Positions 50,253-59,353 of a DNA stretch of 64,000 nucleotides are shown piece by piece; positions within the stretch are counted from its first letter, which is position 1; every line of letters begins with the position of its first letter. This DNA is from Gammaproteobacteria bacterium. Lineage in GTDB: Bacteria > Pseudomonadota > Gammaproteobacteria > Steroidobacterales > Woeseiaceae. Both the position numbers and the translations under genes were made by a program. The notes under the pieces are model-generated. The model saw only the letters and a list, made by a program, of their open reading frames with translations. It did not search any database and was not told where the DNA came from. The stretch is taken from the NCBI GenBank assembly GCA_029863705.1, contig JAOTUU010000003.1:1200-65199 (forward strand), in the 5' to 3' direction.

Positions 50253-50771
50253 CTATTTATTCCGCAGCGCTGCCAACGAACGCAGCATAAGTGAAATGCC
50301 CTGCAGGGCGACCGCGACAGGCATCAGGATGACAATGGACTTCATCGCGGGAATCGCCGGGTACGGCAAGCCGCCGGGTTCGCGGGATACCTCATGGATA
50401 GACCACGATGCCGCGGCAAAGTCATACGATTTGAAGGCAAGAAAGCCGCACAACGGCAACAGAAAAATCGTGACACCGAGCAGGTCGACCAGCGCCTGCC
50501 CACGAGGGCTCATCTTCCGATAGAAAATATCGACGCGAACGTGCTCTTCATGGAGCAATGTGTACGCAGCACCGACCATAAACACAGCGGCGTGCATCCA
50601 GATGACCAGCTCTTGCAGCCAGATAGACCCGGCGTCGAATACATAGCGCATCACAACGATGATCGCCGTGACGACAACCATGCAAAGGGTCATCCAGGAT
50701 ATTGCGCGCCCGCTAATGCTGCTGATGCGATCGAACAGATTCCGGTCTGTACGAGGTGACGAGCTGTTCAA
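50253..50771 (-). CDS. TRAP transporter small permease (DctQ family)
   Basis: 172-aa four-TM ORF 2 nt upstream of the DctM gene, with a DctQ-like N-terminus (FDRISSISGRAISWMTLCMVVVTAIIVVMRYVF). Confidence 0.8.
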   Translation of the reverse strand: MNSSSPRTDRNLFDRISSISGRAISWMTLCMVVVTAIIVVMRYVFDAGSIWLQELVIWMHAAVFMVGAAYTLLHEEHVRVDIFYRKMSPRGQALVDLLGVTIFLLPLCGFLAFKSYDFAAASWSIHEVSREPGGLPYPAIPAMKSIVILMPVAVALQGISLMLRSLAALRNK

Positions 50772-50781
50772 GCGCTGCTAC

Positions 50782-52233
50782 TCAATGACGCCAGAATGTC
50801 GGCGTAATAAGTACGAGCAAGGTAAATATTTCCAGCCGACCAAGTAGCATGCCGGCGACGGCGATCCACTTTCCTGCATCAGTCAGCGACATGAATCCGG
50901 ATGAGACATCGCCGAGCCCGGGCCCGAGATTGTTCAAGGTCGCAGCGATAGCTGAGAATGCCGAGACCTGATCCAGCCCGGTCAGCATCATTGCCAGCAT
51001 CAGGACGACAAACACAACGATGTAGACAGAAAAGAAACCCCAGACCGCGTCAACGACCCTGAACTGAACCGCTTTTGTACCCAGCTTGACGGGGATCTCG
51101 GCGTTGGGATGTATGAGGCGTTTGATTTCACGAACGCCTTGTTTGTAGATCAGCAAAACACGAATGACCTTGATGCCACCCGCGGTCGACCCGGCACATC
51201 CGCCGATGAAACTTGCGAAAATCAAGGCGACCGGCAATCCTGCGGGCCAGCTCGCATACTCTGCTGTCGTAAAGCCGGTTGTTGTCGCAATCGATACGGC
51301 CTGGAACAAACCATGAATAATAGTATCGCCGGGCGATGCGTAAACCTGGTGACGAAACAGGCCCATCACAACCAGCACTGACAGTACGAGCAGAATGGCC
51401 GCATACGTGCGGAACTCTGTGTCCTGCGAATAGTGCTTGACCGAAACGTATCGCCACGCATAAAAGTGCAGGGAAAAATTGATGCCCGCGGCAAACATGA
51501 AGACGATGGCCACAATGTCGATAGCCGTGCTATGAAAATATGCCATGCTCATGTCGTGCGTCGAGAAGCCACCGATCGCGACAGTAGAAAACGCATGGCA
51601 CAGCGCGTCGAACCAATCCATTCCTGCGGCCAGGTAGCTCGCCGCACAGGCGATCGTGAAGGCCAGGTAGACGTACCACAGCGCCTTGGCAGTTTCCGTA
51701 ATGCGCGGTGTCAGTTTGGTATCCTTGACCGGCCCCGGCGTTTCCGCCCGATACAGCTGCATGCCACCGACGCCTAGCATCGGCAATACAGCAACGGCCA
51801 AAACGATAATTCCCATACCGCCAAGCCACTGCAATTGCTGGCGATAATAAAGAATCGACCTGGGTAATTCATCGAGGCCAGTCAAAACCGTGGCCCCGGT
51901 TGTCGTGAGCCCCGACATCGACTCAAATACGGCATCCGTAAACGACATCGTTATTGAATCGGCGAAGTACAGTGGTGCTGCGCCGAACGTGCCCAGCACC
52001 GTCCAGAATGCAGCAACGACGAGAAAGCCGTCACGCAAACGAAGATCCTTCCGCGAGCGATGCACGGGTAACCAGCAGATCAGGCCGGCGCCCAGCGTTA
52101 GACCAAAACCCTCAACAAATGGCAGCCAGGAGGGCTCGTCAAAAATAACGCTGATAACGATCGGCGGCAGCATCGTGAAACTGAACATCATCAGCAGCAG
52201 GCCGAGGATTCGTTGTACTACGGTCCAGTTCAT
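50782..52233 (-). CDS. trkH: Trk potassium uptake system membrane subunit TrkH
   Basis: 483-aa ORF with repeated M1-P-M2 motifs carrying selectivity-filter-like glycines (SGLTTTGATV, STVAIGGFST, SIATTTGFTT, ATLNNLGPGLG). Confidence 0.9.
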   Translation of the reverse strand: MNWTVVQRILGLLLMMFSFTMLPPIVISVIFDEPSWLPFVEGFGLTLGAGLICWLPVHRSRKDLRLRDGFLVVAAFWTVLGTFGAAPLYFADSITMSFTDAVFESMSGLTTTGATVLTGLDELPRSILYYRQQLQWLGGMGIIVLAVAVLPMLGVGGMQLYRAETPGPVKDTKLTPRITETAKALWYVYLAFTIACAASYLAAGMDWFDALCHAFSTVAIGGFSTHDMSMAYFHSTAIDIVAIVFMFAAGINFSLHFYAWRYVSVKHYSQDTEFRTYAAILLVLSVLVVMGLFRHQVYASPGDTIIHGLFQAVSIATTTGFTTAEYASWPAGLPVALIFASFIGGCAGSTAGGIKVIRVLLIYKQGVREIKRLIHPNAEIPVKLGTKAVQFRVVDAVWGFFSVYIVVFVVLMLAMMLTGLDQVSAFSAIAATLNNLGPGLGDVSSGFMSLTDAGKWIAVAGMLLGRLEIFTLLVLITPTFWRH

Positions 52234-52248
52234 CAGCTGCCTTGGTAC

Positions 52249-53625
52249 CTAGACGAAAGAAACGCCAACCTGGAACAGGTTTTCCAGATTTTCGATTTTG
52301 CGCCGATCGGTCAGGAAGAGAATGACATGATCATCCGTTTCGATAACGGTGTCGTGGTGCGCAATGATGACTTGGCCATTACGTACCAGAGCGACGATCG
52401 AGGCGCCCTTCGGCAAATCGATATCCTCGAGTTTGCGGCCGACAACCCTGGATTCGTCCTCGGTGCCGTGCGCGATAGCCTCAATCGCTTCTGCAGCGCC
52501 GCGACGGAGAGAATGCACTTTGACAACATCGCCGCGGCGGACGTGGGCAAGCAGCGACCCGATAGTCACCTGTTGAGGAGAAATGGCAACGTCAATCGTG
52601 CTGGCCTCGACGAGATCGACATACGATGCCCTGTTGATCAGCGCCATCACTTTGTTGGCGCCAAGACGTTTAGCGAGCATGCAACTGAGAATGTTGGCCT
52701 CTTCCGAATTGGTCAGTCCGCAGAACACATCAACGTTGTCGATATTTTCTTCCAGCAATAACTCCTCGTCCGCAGCATCACCGACCAGAACGATCGCTTT
52801 GTTGAGTCGTTCGGAAATGTGCCGGGCACGCTTTGGGTCGCGTTCGATGATTTTGACCTGGTTGGTTTGCTCGAGTGCGAGCGCGAGGCGCACGCCAATG
52901 TTTCCGCCTCCAGCAATGACAACGCGGCGAACCGGGTCTTCAAGCCGACGCATCTCACTCATGAAAACGCGAATGTCTTTACGGTCGGCAATGAAAAAGA
53001 CTCCATCACCTTCCTGGATCACGGTGTCTCCATCCGGCGGTATCGACTTACCCTTGCGATAAATAGCAGCGATACGAGCCTCGGAGTTGGGAATGTGTTC
53101 CTTTAAGGTGGCGATGCGCTGACCGACGAGAAGCCCGTCCCTGTCTGCACGCGCGCCGACCAGCCGGACCCTGCCATCGGCAAAATCGAGTACCTGCGAC
53201 GCGCCCGGATAAAGAATCAGTTGTTCGACGTATTCACAAACGAGCTGTTCGGGGCTGATACGGACATCGAGGGGAATCGCGTCTTGCGTGAACAGGTCTT
53301 TGGCATTCATGTAGTCGGCAGAACGAATACGAGCGATCTTGGTCGGCGTATGAAACAAGGTGTAAGCCACCTGGCACGCGATCATGTTCGTCTCATCGGA
53401 GTCGGTTAGTGCCACAACGATGTCCGCATCGTTGGCACCTGCACGTTTGAGGACTTCGGGATATGCGGCATGGCCAACGACGGTGCGAATATCCAGACGG
53501 TCCTGCAGTTCGCGCAAGACGTCGGAGCGTCTGTCGACAACCGTGACTTCATTGGCCTCTTCGCGCGACAGGTGATACGCCGCTGATGAGCCAACCTGAC
53601 CTGCGCCGAGAATGAGAATTTTCAT
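52249..53625 (-). CDS. trkA: Trk system NAD-binding subunit TrkA
   Basis: 458 aa with two RCK/KTN domains (MKILILGAGQVGSSAA and VVIAGGGNIGVRLALAL). Adjacent to trkH. Confidence 0.92.
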   Translation of the reverse strand: MKILILGAGQVGSSAAYHLSREEANEVTVVDRRSDVLRELQDRLDIRTVVGHAAYPEVLKRAGANDADIVVALTDSDETNMIACQVAYTLFHTPTKIARIRSADYMNAKDLFTQDAIPLDVRISPEQLVCEYVEQLILYPGASQVLDFADGRVRLVGARADRDGLLVGQRIATLKEHIPNSEARIAAIYRKGKSIPPDGDTVIQEGDGVFFIADRKDIRVFMSEMRRLEDPVRRVVIAGGGNIGVRLALALEQTNQVKIIERDPKRARHISERLNKAIVLVGDAADEELLLEENIDNVDVFCGLTNSEEANILSCMLAKRLGANKVMALINRASYVDLVEASTIDVAISPQQVTIGSLLAHVRRGDVVKVHSLRRGAAEAIEAIAHGTEDESRVVGRKLEDIDLPKGASIVALVRNGQVIIAHHDTVIETDDHVILFLTDRRKIENLENLFQVGVSFV

Positions 53626-53674
53626 TGTTCTTATCGAGCCTCACAGCGCAGCCAACCACGCTGACGGCGATAGT

Positions 53675-55837
53675 TTACATCAGATCGAGATTCGCATAGC
53701 TCAGAACAAGCCATTTTGTGCCGGCCGTCTCGAAATTAACCTCGACGCGTGCGTGCGCGCCCTGGCCTTCGCAATTGAGGATGACGCCCTCGCCGAACTT
53801 GGCGTGCCGAACTCTCTGCCCGAGCCGGATGCCAAGTTCGTTGCCAGGCGCCGACTTGGCGCTGCGCCGCGATGTCGAGTGCATCGGCCTTGACACCTGC
53901 ACGCGCGGGCGAACCTCTTCGACGAACTCATCCGGTATCTCCGAAATAAAACGGGATGGCTGAGAAAAATTGTCCATCCCGTGCAGACGGCGCTGGTCCG
54001 CATGGGTGATGTAAAGCGATTGCTTGGCGCGGGTAATGCCTACATAGCAGAGGCGTCGCTCTTCTTCGAGGCCGTTAGGGTCAGCAACTGAGCGCTGGTG
54101 GGGGAATAACCCATCTTCCATGCCCGACAGAAAAACCAGCGGAAATTCGAGACCCTTGGCGGAGTGCATCGTCATTAGCTGCACGCAGTCTTCCCACGCG
54201 TCCGCCTGGCCCTCACCGGCCTCGAGTGCCGCATGTGACAGGAACTCATCGAGCTCCGACATTTCCTCCGCAGGGTCTCGCTCAAAACCTTTTGCCGCGC
54301 TGACGAGCTCAAGCAGGTTCTCGACACGCGTTTCGCCTTTTTCGCCCTTTTCCTTCTTGAAAAGGTCCACCAGGCCACTGGCGTAGATAACGTGATCGAC
54401 TTTTTCCTGCAGCTCCAGCTCGGCAACGTCCCGCGCCATTTTTTCGATCAGGTTCAAAAATGCGAGTACGGCATTCGCGGCGCGGCTATTAAGCTCGTCG
54501 CTGCCGATTGCGCCAGCCGCTCGCCACATCGAACAGCTGTTTGCACGCGCGTAGGACCTCATTATCTCAACCGTGCGGGCACCGATGCCGCGGGTTGGGC
54601 GGTTAACGACGCGCTCAAATGACGAGTCGTCATCACGGTTTGAAATCAGTCGCAGATACGCAAGCGCATCCTTGATTTCGGCGCGCTCGAAAAAACGCAG
54701 GCCGCCGTAAACGCGATACGGTATGCGGGCATTGATCAGGCCCTCTTCCAAAACGCGAGATTGAGCGTTTGATCGATACAGTATGGCCGCGTCGGCACGC
54801 AGGTTGCCCTGGGCAATCCAGTCGCGCAAACGACCGACTATAAAATCCGCTTCGTCGCGTTCGTTGTAGGCAGAGTAGACGCGAATGGGTTCGCCTTCGG
54901 CACCTTCAGTCCAAAGATTCTTGCCAAGGCGTGAACTGTTGTTCGCAATAACGGCGTTGGCCGCATTCAGAATCGCCGCTGTGGAACGATAATTTTGCTC
55001 GAGCTTGACCAGTGACGCCGACGGAAAATCTTTTTGGAAGCGATGAATATGCTCAACTCGGGCACCGCGCCAACGATAGATAGACTGGTCATCGTCACCG
55101 ACAACAAAGGGCACGCCCTTGTCCCCCGCGAGCAGCCGTAGCCAGGCGTATTGAATGGCGTTCGTGTCCTGAAACTCGTCGACGAGCAGATGTGCGAAGC
55201 GGCGTCGATAGTGCGCCAGCAGTTCGGCGTTATCGCGCCAAAGCTCGTGGGCGCGCAGTAACAATTCCGCGAAATCGACCAGCCCGCCGCGCTGACAAAC
55301 CTCTTCATAGGCCTCGTAAAAAGCAATCATCTGGCGTCGATTCGCGTCGCCTTCGTCATCGAGATGTTTCGGTCGCAGGCCCTCGTCCTTTTGCGCGTTA
55401 ATGAAATATTGGATTTCCCGAGGTACCCAGAGGCTGTCATCGACATCCATGCCGCGCAGCAGGCGTTTGATTAACCGGACCTGGTCATCCGAGTCGATAA
55501 TCTGAAAATTCTGTGGCAGCTCCGCCTCGCGCCAGTGCCGGCGAAGCAGGCGATGAGCAAGCCCGTGAAACGTGCCGATCCACAGATGGCCAACCGGCGT
55601 GCCGAGCAGAGCCTCGATGCGACCGCGCATTTCTGCGGCTGCTTTGTTGGTAAAGGTCACGGCCAGCAAGCTATGCGGCGAGATGCCCTCGACATCGATC
55701 AGCCATGCTGCGCGATGGACTAGCACGCGCGTCTTGCCACTGCCGGCGCCGGCGATAACCAGCATGGGTTCAGCGGCCGCAGTGACGGCTTGACGCTGAG
55801 CGTCGTTCAGAGATTCGAGGATCGGCGTGACGTCCAT
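53675..55837 (-). CDS. uvrD: DNA helicase II UvrD
   Basis: 720 aa with near-canonical UvrD motifs: LNDAQRQAVTAAAEPMLVIAGAGSGKTRVLVHRAAWL, AVTFTNKAAAEM, LLVDEFQDTN, LEQNYRS, TMHSAKGLEFPLVF and YVGITRAK. Confidence 0.95.
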   Translation of the reverse strand: MDVTPILESLNDAQRQAVTAAAEPMLVIAGAGSGKTRVLVHRAAWLIDVEGISPHSLLAVTFTNKAAAEMRGRIEALLGTPVGHLWIGTFHGLAHRLLRRHWREAELPQNFQIIDSDDQVRLIKRLLRGMDVDDSLWVPREIQYFINAQKDEGLRPKHLDDEGDANRRQMIAFYEAYEEVCQRGGLVDFAELLLRAHELWRDNAELLAHYRRRFAHLLVDEFQDTNAIQYAWLRLLAGDKGVPFVVGDDDQSIYRWRGARVEHIHRFQKDFPSASLVKLEQNYRSTAAILNAANAVIANNSSRLGKNLWTEGAEGEPIRVYSAYNERDEADFIVGRLRDWIAQGNLRADAAILYRSNAQSRVLEEGLINARIPYRVYGGLRFFERAEIKDALAYLRLISNRDDDSSFERVVNRPTRGIGARTVEIMRSYARANSCSMWRAAGAIGSDELNSRAANAVLAFLNLIEKMARDVAELELQEKVDHVIYASGLVDLFKKEKGEKGETRVENLLELVSAAKGFERDPAEEMSELDEFLSHAALEAGEGQADAWEDCVQLMTMHSAKGLEFPLVFLSGMEDGLFPHQRSVADPNGLEEERRLCYVGITRAKQSLYITHADQRRLHGMDNFSQPSRFISEIPDEFVEEVRPRVQVSRPMHSTSRRSAKSAPGNELGIRLGQRVRHAKFGEGVILNCEGQGAHARVEVNFETAGTKWLVLSYANLDLM

Positions 55838-55904
55838 CGGGTGGGGTAGGCGGCCTGGTGAGAGCGCGCCATCTTAGCAAACAGAAATTATTCCAACTAA
55901 CTAA

Positions 55905-57545
55905 TTATTGTCGCCATAGAAAACCGATTGAGTAGCGCTTGCGTTCGTAGCCGATACGGATGTCGGTCGATACGGTTTCGCGGTATAGCGCTTCAGCAAC
56001 CAGGTGCAGGTGTGGAGTCATGCGAAATGTGGCAGTAAGGTTGCCGTATGCCGCTTCGAGAGTTTTCGGCCCGGCAACGGGATTATTGAACGCGAAAGCG
56101 TTCGGGAAATCATAATTGCGGTAGTAAGCATCCAGGTCGAGATCGAATCGCGGGCTCGGAGACCAGCTGAACTCAAACTTGTAGCTGTCCCGGGTGTAGT
56201 CGTTGTAGCCGACAAACTTGTCGCTGCGGCTCGTACGCTCGTAGCCGAATCCAAACCACATATGCTCAGTAATGCGCTGCCTGGCGATCAGGCCCAGGTC
56301 GAGGTAGTCGTAACGCAACTCTTTATTGGTGATGAGCTGTTGGCCGTTGACGTCAAATGACGGCCGGTCACCAAAGCGACGGCTGCTTGCATCAGCGGTC
56401 AGGCGCAACAGAGAAGATTTTGTGAAGCGGTACTGCACGTTAGTGCCGAGCTCAAAGTACTCGTGGTCGTACTCCGGCACGACATCGGTTTTCTTGTAGT
56501 TCCAAAGCTGACCCTTGATCCGCATACCAACCGATAAGCGCTCATGTGACTGACGAAAGCGCATTTCAGGCCCGTAGCGTACGTAGTTGAAGCGGTCATC
56601 AATGAGCACTCCGTCGATGGTGCGGGCCTCGCCATCATCAGGATCAAAGTACGTTTCATCATGCTGGGCAATTGCAAATGCGCTAAAGACTTCGCGCTTG
56701 CGTGTGCGCTGCTTGCGGTCGAATTCACTGCCGAAGCGAACTTCGTGGCTGAACTCGTTGGCATTGTCGAGCTCCCTGTCCTGGTAGTAGCGGCCGGACA
56801 GACGGTACTCACCAAAAAAAGACTCGAACTTAAGGCTGTTAACAGAGTACTTGGCGGACAGGTCGACGGGCAGGTAAACGCCCGATATTTCCTCCGGCGT
56901 TACGAGCGGCAGGGTCGGGTCAGAAAAATCGATATATGGCTGGCTGGGTGAGCGATATACATTGCTATCGTTGCCAAAACCGACAGTTGCATGCAAATCG
57001 AAATCGCCAATCTTTTTCTCTTTGCGGCGTTTCTTCACTCGCACAAGAATAGTGTCCGCGGCTTTGCGCTCCGCCTGCAGGCGTGAAATTGCGATAATGG
57101 CGAACTCGCGGATCTTCTCGTTTTCTTCCTGGTCTCGAGCCTGTCGGAACCAGTTGAGGGCGTCATCAACATCGCCAAGGGCGTATGCGGTCAAGCCGAG
57201 GTTGTACTGCGATATAACACGCAGGCTCGGCGACTGAACCGCTTTGAGCAGTGCTGTGCGAGCACGAATATGTTGCTGGGCACGATAATGGGCGACGCCG
57301 GTGTTGTAGTGCAGGATCGGCGTGTCCATGCCAGCTTCCGCGGCTTGTCGATAGCGGAGTAATGCCGCCCAGTAAAGGTCGTCGCGGAACAACCGGTTGC
57401 CGTCTTCGAATGTGTCCTGCGCTGTCGCGGCTAACGCGGGCGTAAGGCACAAACAAACTGCCAGCATGGCTGTCGCTGCGAGGGATCTTCGTTGCTGTGT
57501 CGTCGCACGTATCACGGGCTTGCCCAAGCTCCTGATGGTCCGCAT
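55905..57545 (-). CDS. outer-membrane protein: N-terminal TPR-like domain plus C-terminal predicted beta-barrel
   Basis: Start at ATG 57545 gives MRTIRSLG...AMLAVCLCLTPALAATAQD (signal peptide). TPR-like repeats are present (YWAALLRYRQAAEAG, HYNTGVAHYRAQQH, YNLGLTAYALGDVDDALNWFRQA). About 350 aa of alternating-hydrophobic strand patterns follow, ending in an aromatic-rich segment (YSIGFLWRQ). Confidence 0.6.
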   Translation of the reverse strand: MRTIRSLGKPVIRATTQQRRSLAATAMLAVCLCLTPALAATAQDTFEDGNRLFRDDLYWAALLRYRQAAEAGMDTPILHYNTGVAHYRAQQHIRARTALLKAVQSPSLRVISQYNLGLTAYALGDVDDALNWFRQARDQEENEKIREFAIIAISRLQAERKAADTILVRVKKRRKEKKIGDFDLHATVGFGNDSNVYRSPSQPYIDFSDPTLPLVTPEEISGVYLPVDLSAKYSVNSLKFESFFGEYRLSGRYYQDRELDNANEFSHEVRFGSEFDRKQRTRKREVFSAFAIAQHDETYFDPDDGEARTIDGVLIDDRFNYVRYGPEMRFRQSHERLSVGMRIKGQLWNYKKTDVVPEYDHEYFELGTNVQYRFTKSSLLRLTADASSRRFGDRPSFDVNGQQLITNKELRYDYLDLGLIARQRITEHMWFGFGYERTSRSDKFVGYNDYTRDSYKFEFSWSPSPRFDLDLDAYYRNYDFPNAFAFNNPVAGPKTLEAAYGNLTATFRMTPHLHLVAEALYRETVSTDIRIGYERKRYSIGFLWRQ

Positions 57546-57600
57546 TATGTAGACTCGCAAGGGTACCGGCTTTGTACCCCTAAAAACTATGACGTGGCGC

Positions 57601-57637
57601 AAGAAAATCCCCCCGAAAGCGCCCTTTCGGAGGGATT
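57601..57637 (-). terminator. Rho-independent terminator after the acidic-protein gene
   Basis: The minus strand reads AATCCCTCCGAAAG-ggcg-CTTTCGGGGGGATT followed by TTTCTT. This is a 14-bp stem with one mismatch plus a U-tract, 46 nt after the stop at 57683. Confidence 0.7.
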
Positions 57638-57682
57638 TGGCTGCAACTCATCGATTGCGCCCTGTTAAAGGCTCAATACAAA

Positions 57683-58189
57683 CTAGACTGTGTCGTCGTC
57701 GAGACTGTCGGCAGAATCGTCCGCTACGTCATCTTCCATATCGTCATCCATGCGGTCGTCATCGTCTTCTTCATCGAACTCATCGTCGTCGACGTCCTCG
57801 CCTTCTTCGTCTTCGAAGTTGTCTTCGTCGTCGAGATCCTCATCCTCGAAGTCGTTGTCTTCCTCGAAGTCGTCGCCGTCCTCTTCCTCGAACTCGTCTT
57901 CTTCGTCCAATTCATCGTCTTCGAGTTCGGGCGCTTCGTCGTCCTCGCTGTCGTCGTCCGAATCGTCGTCCGAATCGCGGTCCGAAACAGCATCCGAATC
58001 ATCTCCGCTATCTGCGACGACATCCCCCGGCCCCTCCATTCTCGCGATGGTATCTTGAACGCTCGCGAGGTCATCGACGATATCCATTGTTACATCGAGG
58101 TCGTCCAGGTCATCGGCCCGCGCCGTTGCCGGAAGAAATGCGAAGCCAGTCAATATGAGCGTCGCGATAAACACGTTGAAATGTTTCAT
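57683..58189 (-). CDS. secreted hyper-acidic (Asp/Glu-rich) low-complexity protein
   Basis: GGAG RBS before ATG 58189 and a signal peptide MKHFNVFIATLILTGFAFLPATARA. By hand count the mature ~143 aa contain roughly 84 Asp/Glu, three Arg and no Lys. It is co-oriented with and 43 nt downstream of the anti-sigma-like gene. No Cys, so it is not a lipoprotein. Confidence 0.65.
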   Translation of the reverse strand: MKHFNVFIATLILTGFAFLPATARADDLDDLDVTMDIVDDLASVQDTIARMEGPGDVVADSGDDSDAVSDRDSDDDSDDDSEDDEAPELEDDELDEEDEFEEEDGDDFEEDNDFEDEDLDDEDNFEDEEGEDVDDDEFDEEDDDDRMDDDMEDDVADDSADSLDDDTV

Positions 58190-58232
58190 GTCCTTACTCC
58201 AATAACACCGCCGAATCCATTTCGGTCGGCTC

Positions 58233-58778
58233 TCAGGTTACATCCACACGCAAACGGAAAGTCCGGTCGCGATCGTCATGTTCAAGGCGGGCAAGCAGTT
58301 CGCCGCCAGCCGGGCTAAGGGCGACAAGCGTCAACGGCAATAAGTTTTTACCTTTGTTGAGGCTGGTTTCCCAGGTAATTTCGCGCTGCCCCGGAAAGCC
58401 ATCGAGCTCGATGCCATCGGGTAGCGACACAGTCAGCGTTGCTGAATCCAGTGACGTTGCAGACGCAAAGACCAGGTTCACGGTGCGCGGCTGCTCAAGG
58501 GCAATGCTGACACCCGGGATAGTGGCACCGGGGTCTGGCAAGTCTGGCGTCGTCAGCAGCACGCCGCTGATCGCCCAAATGGCAATTGTTGCTGCGATCG
58601 CTGAGCCAAAACCGGTCATCAGCCAGCGATTGCGTTGCCGGCGCGATCCCTCGTGCGTCGCCCGCACCAGTGCCTGGTCGTAGAATCCTGTAGCAGCTTC
58701 GGGCATCGGGTAATCCTTTAACAGCGCCTGAATTTCGAGGTCGTCGCCAATCGCTTGATTAATGTCGGTTTTTGTCAT
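58233..58778 (-). CDS. single-pass membrane protein, putative anti-sigma factor
   Basis: 181 aa with a ~50-aa cytoplasmic N-terminus, an RRQRNRW stop-transfer, a TM (LMTGFGSAIAATIAIWAISGVLL) and a ~105-aa periplasmic domain. It is located 35 nt downstream of the ECF sigma gene. No zinc-binding HxxxCxxC motif, so the anti-sigma role rests on context only. Confidence 0.5.
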   Translation of the reverse strand: MTKTDINQAIGDDLEIQALLKDYPMPEAATGFYDQALVRATHEGSRRQRNRWLMTGFGSAIAATIAIWAISGVLLTTPDLPDPGATIPGVSIALEQPRTVNLVFASATSLDSATLTVSLPDGIELDGFPGQREITWETSLNKGKNLLPLTLVALSPAGGELLARLEHDDRDRTFRLRVDVT

Positions 58779-58813
58779 GATTTTGTCCTGCTTGGTCTCT
58801 TACACGCATCGCT

Positions 58814-59353
58814 TCAGGAAATGGTTCCATTTTCGGTGAGAATTTCTCGTAAACGTCCTCTGGCGCGATGCAGCCGGGATTTGATTGTACCAACCGGTAG
58901 GCCGGTAAGCTCTTGTATTTCAGACATTTTATAGCCTTCTGTGTCGTGCAGGAGCACGACTATGCGGTGTTCATCGCTCAATTGAGCTAGCGCGGCGTCC
59001 AGCTGCATAATGGTCTCGTAACGGCCATGGTCGTAAGCCGGGTCGTCAGGGCCGGCCAGGCCCGCGATGCCGTCACCGGCGAGCTGGCCCTCTTCGACGG
59101 TAAGCATGCGGCGACGCGCAAAGCGGCGTTGCTCGTCAAGGAACAGGTTATACATAACGCGGCACAGCCACGCGCCGGGCGCGTCCTTTGTTACAAGGTC
59201 GTCCAACTGGCCGAACGCCTTGATCAACAATTCCTGAAACAGGTCTTCGGCCTCGGCCTTGGCACCCGTCAGGCGCCACGCGAGACGATACAGGCGGTCG
59301 AAGTGCGGTCGCACCAGACGCTCGAAGGCCCGGGTTTGGTTGGGGTTACTCAT
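58814..59353 (-). CDS. ECF-type RNA polymerase sigma-70 family factor
   Basis: Start at ATG 59353 (MSNPNQTRAFERLVRPHFDRLYRLAWRLTG). Region 2 is AEDLFQELLIKAF...WLCRVMYNLFLDEQRR, and region 4 is VVLLHDTEGYKMSEIQELTGLPVGTIKSRLHRARGRLRE. 179 aa. Confidence 0.85.
   Translation of the reverse strand: MSNPNQTRAFERLVRPHFDRLYRLAWRLTGAKAEAEDLFQELLIKAFGQLDDLVTKDAPGAWLCRVMYNLFLDEQRRFARRRMLTVEEGQLAGDGIAGLAGPDDPAYDHGRYETIMQLDAALAQLSDEHRIVVLLHDTEGYKMSEIQELTGLPVGTIKSRLHRARGRLREILTENGTIS

Noticed and set aside
57589-58158. 189-aa extremely Arg-rich plus-strand ORF and a 122-aa Ser-rich ORF (57690-58058) opposite the acidic-protein gene.
   Set aside because: They are mirror images of the GAY/GAR codon repeats. 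Only the minus-strand acidic frame has an RBS, a signal peptide, operon context and a downstream terminator. The caveat is that low-complexity frames are hard to adjudicate without expression data.
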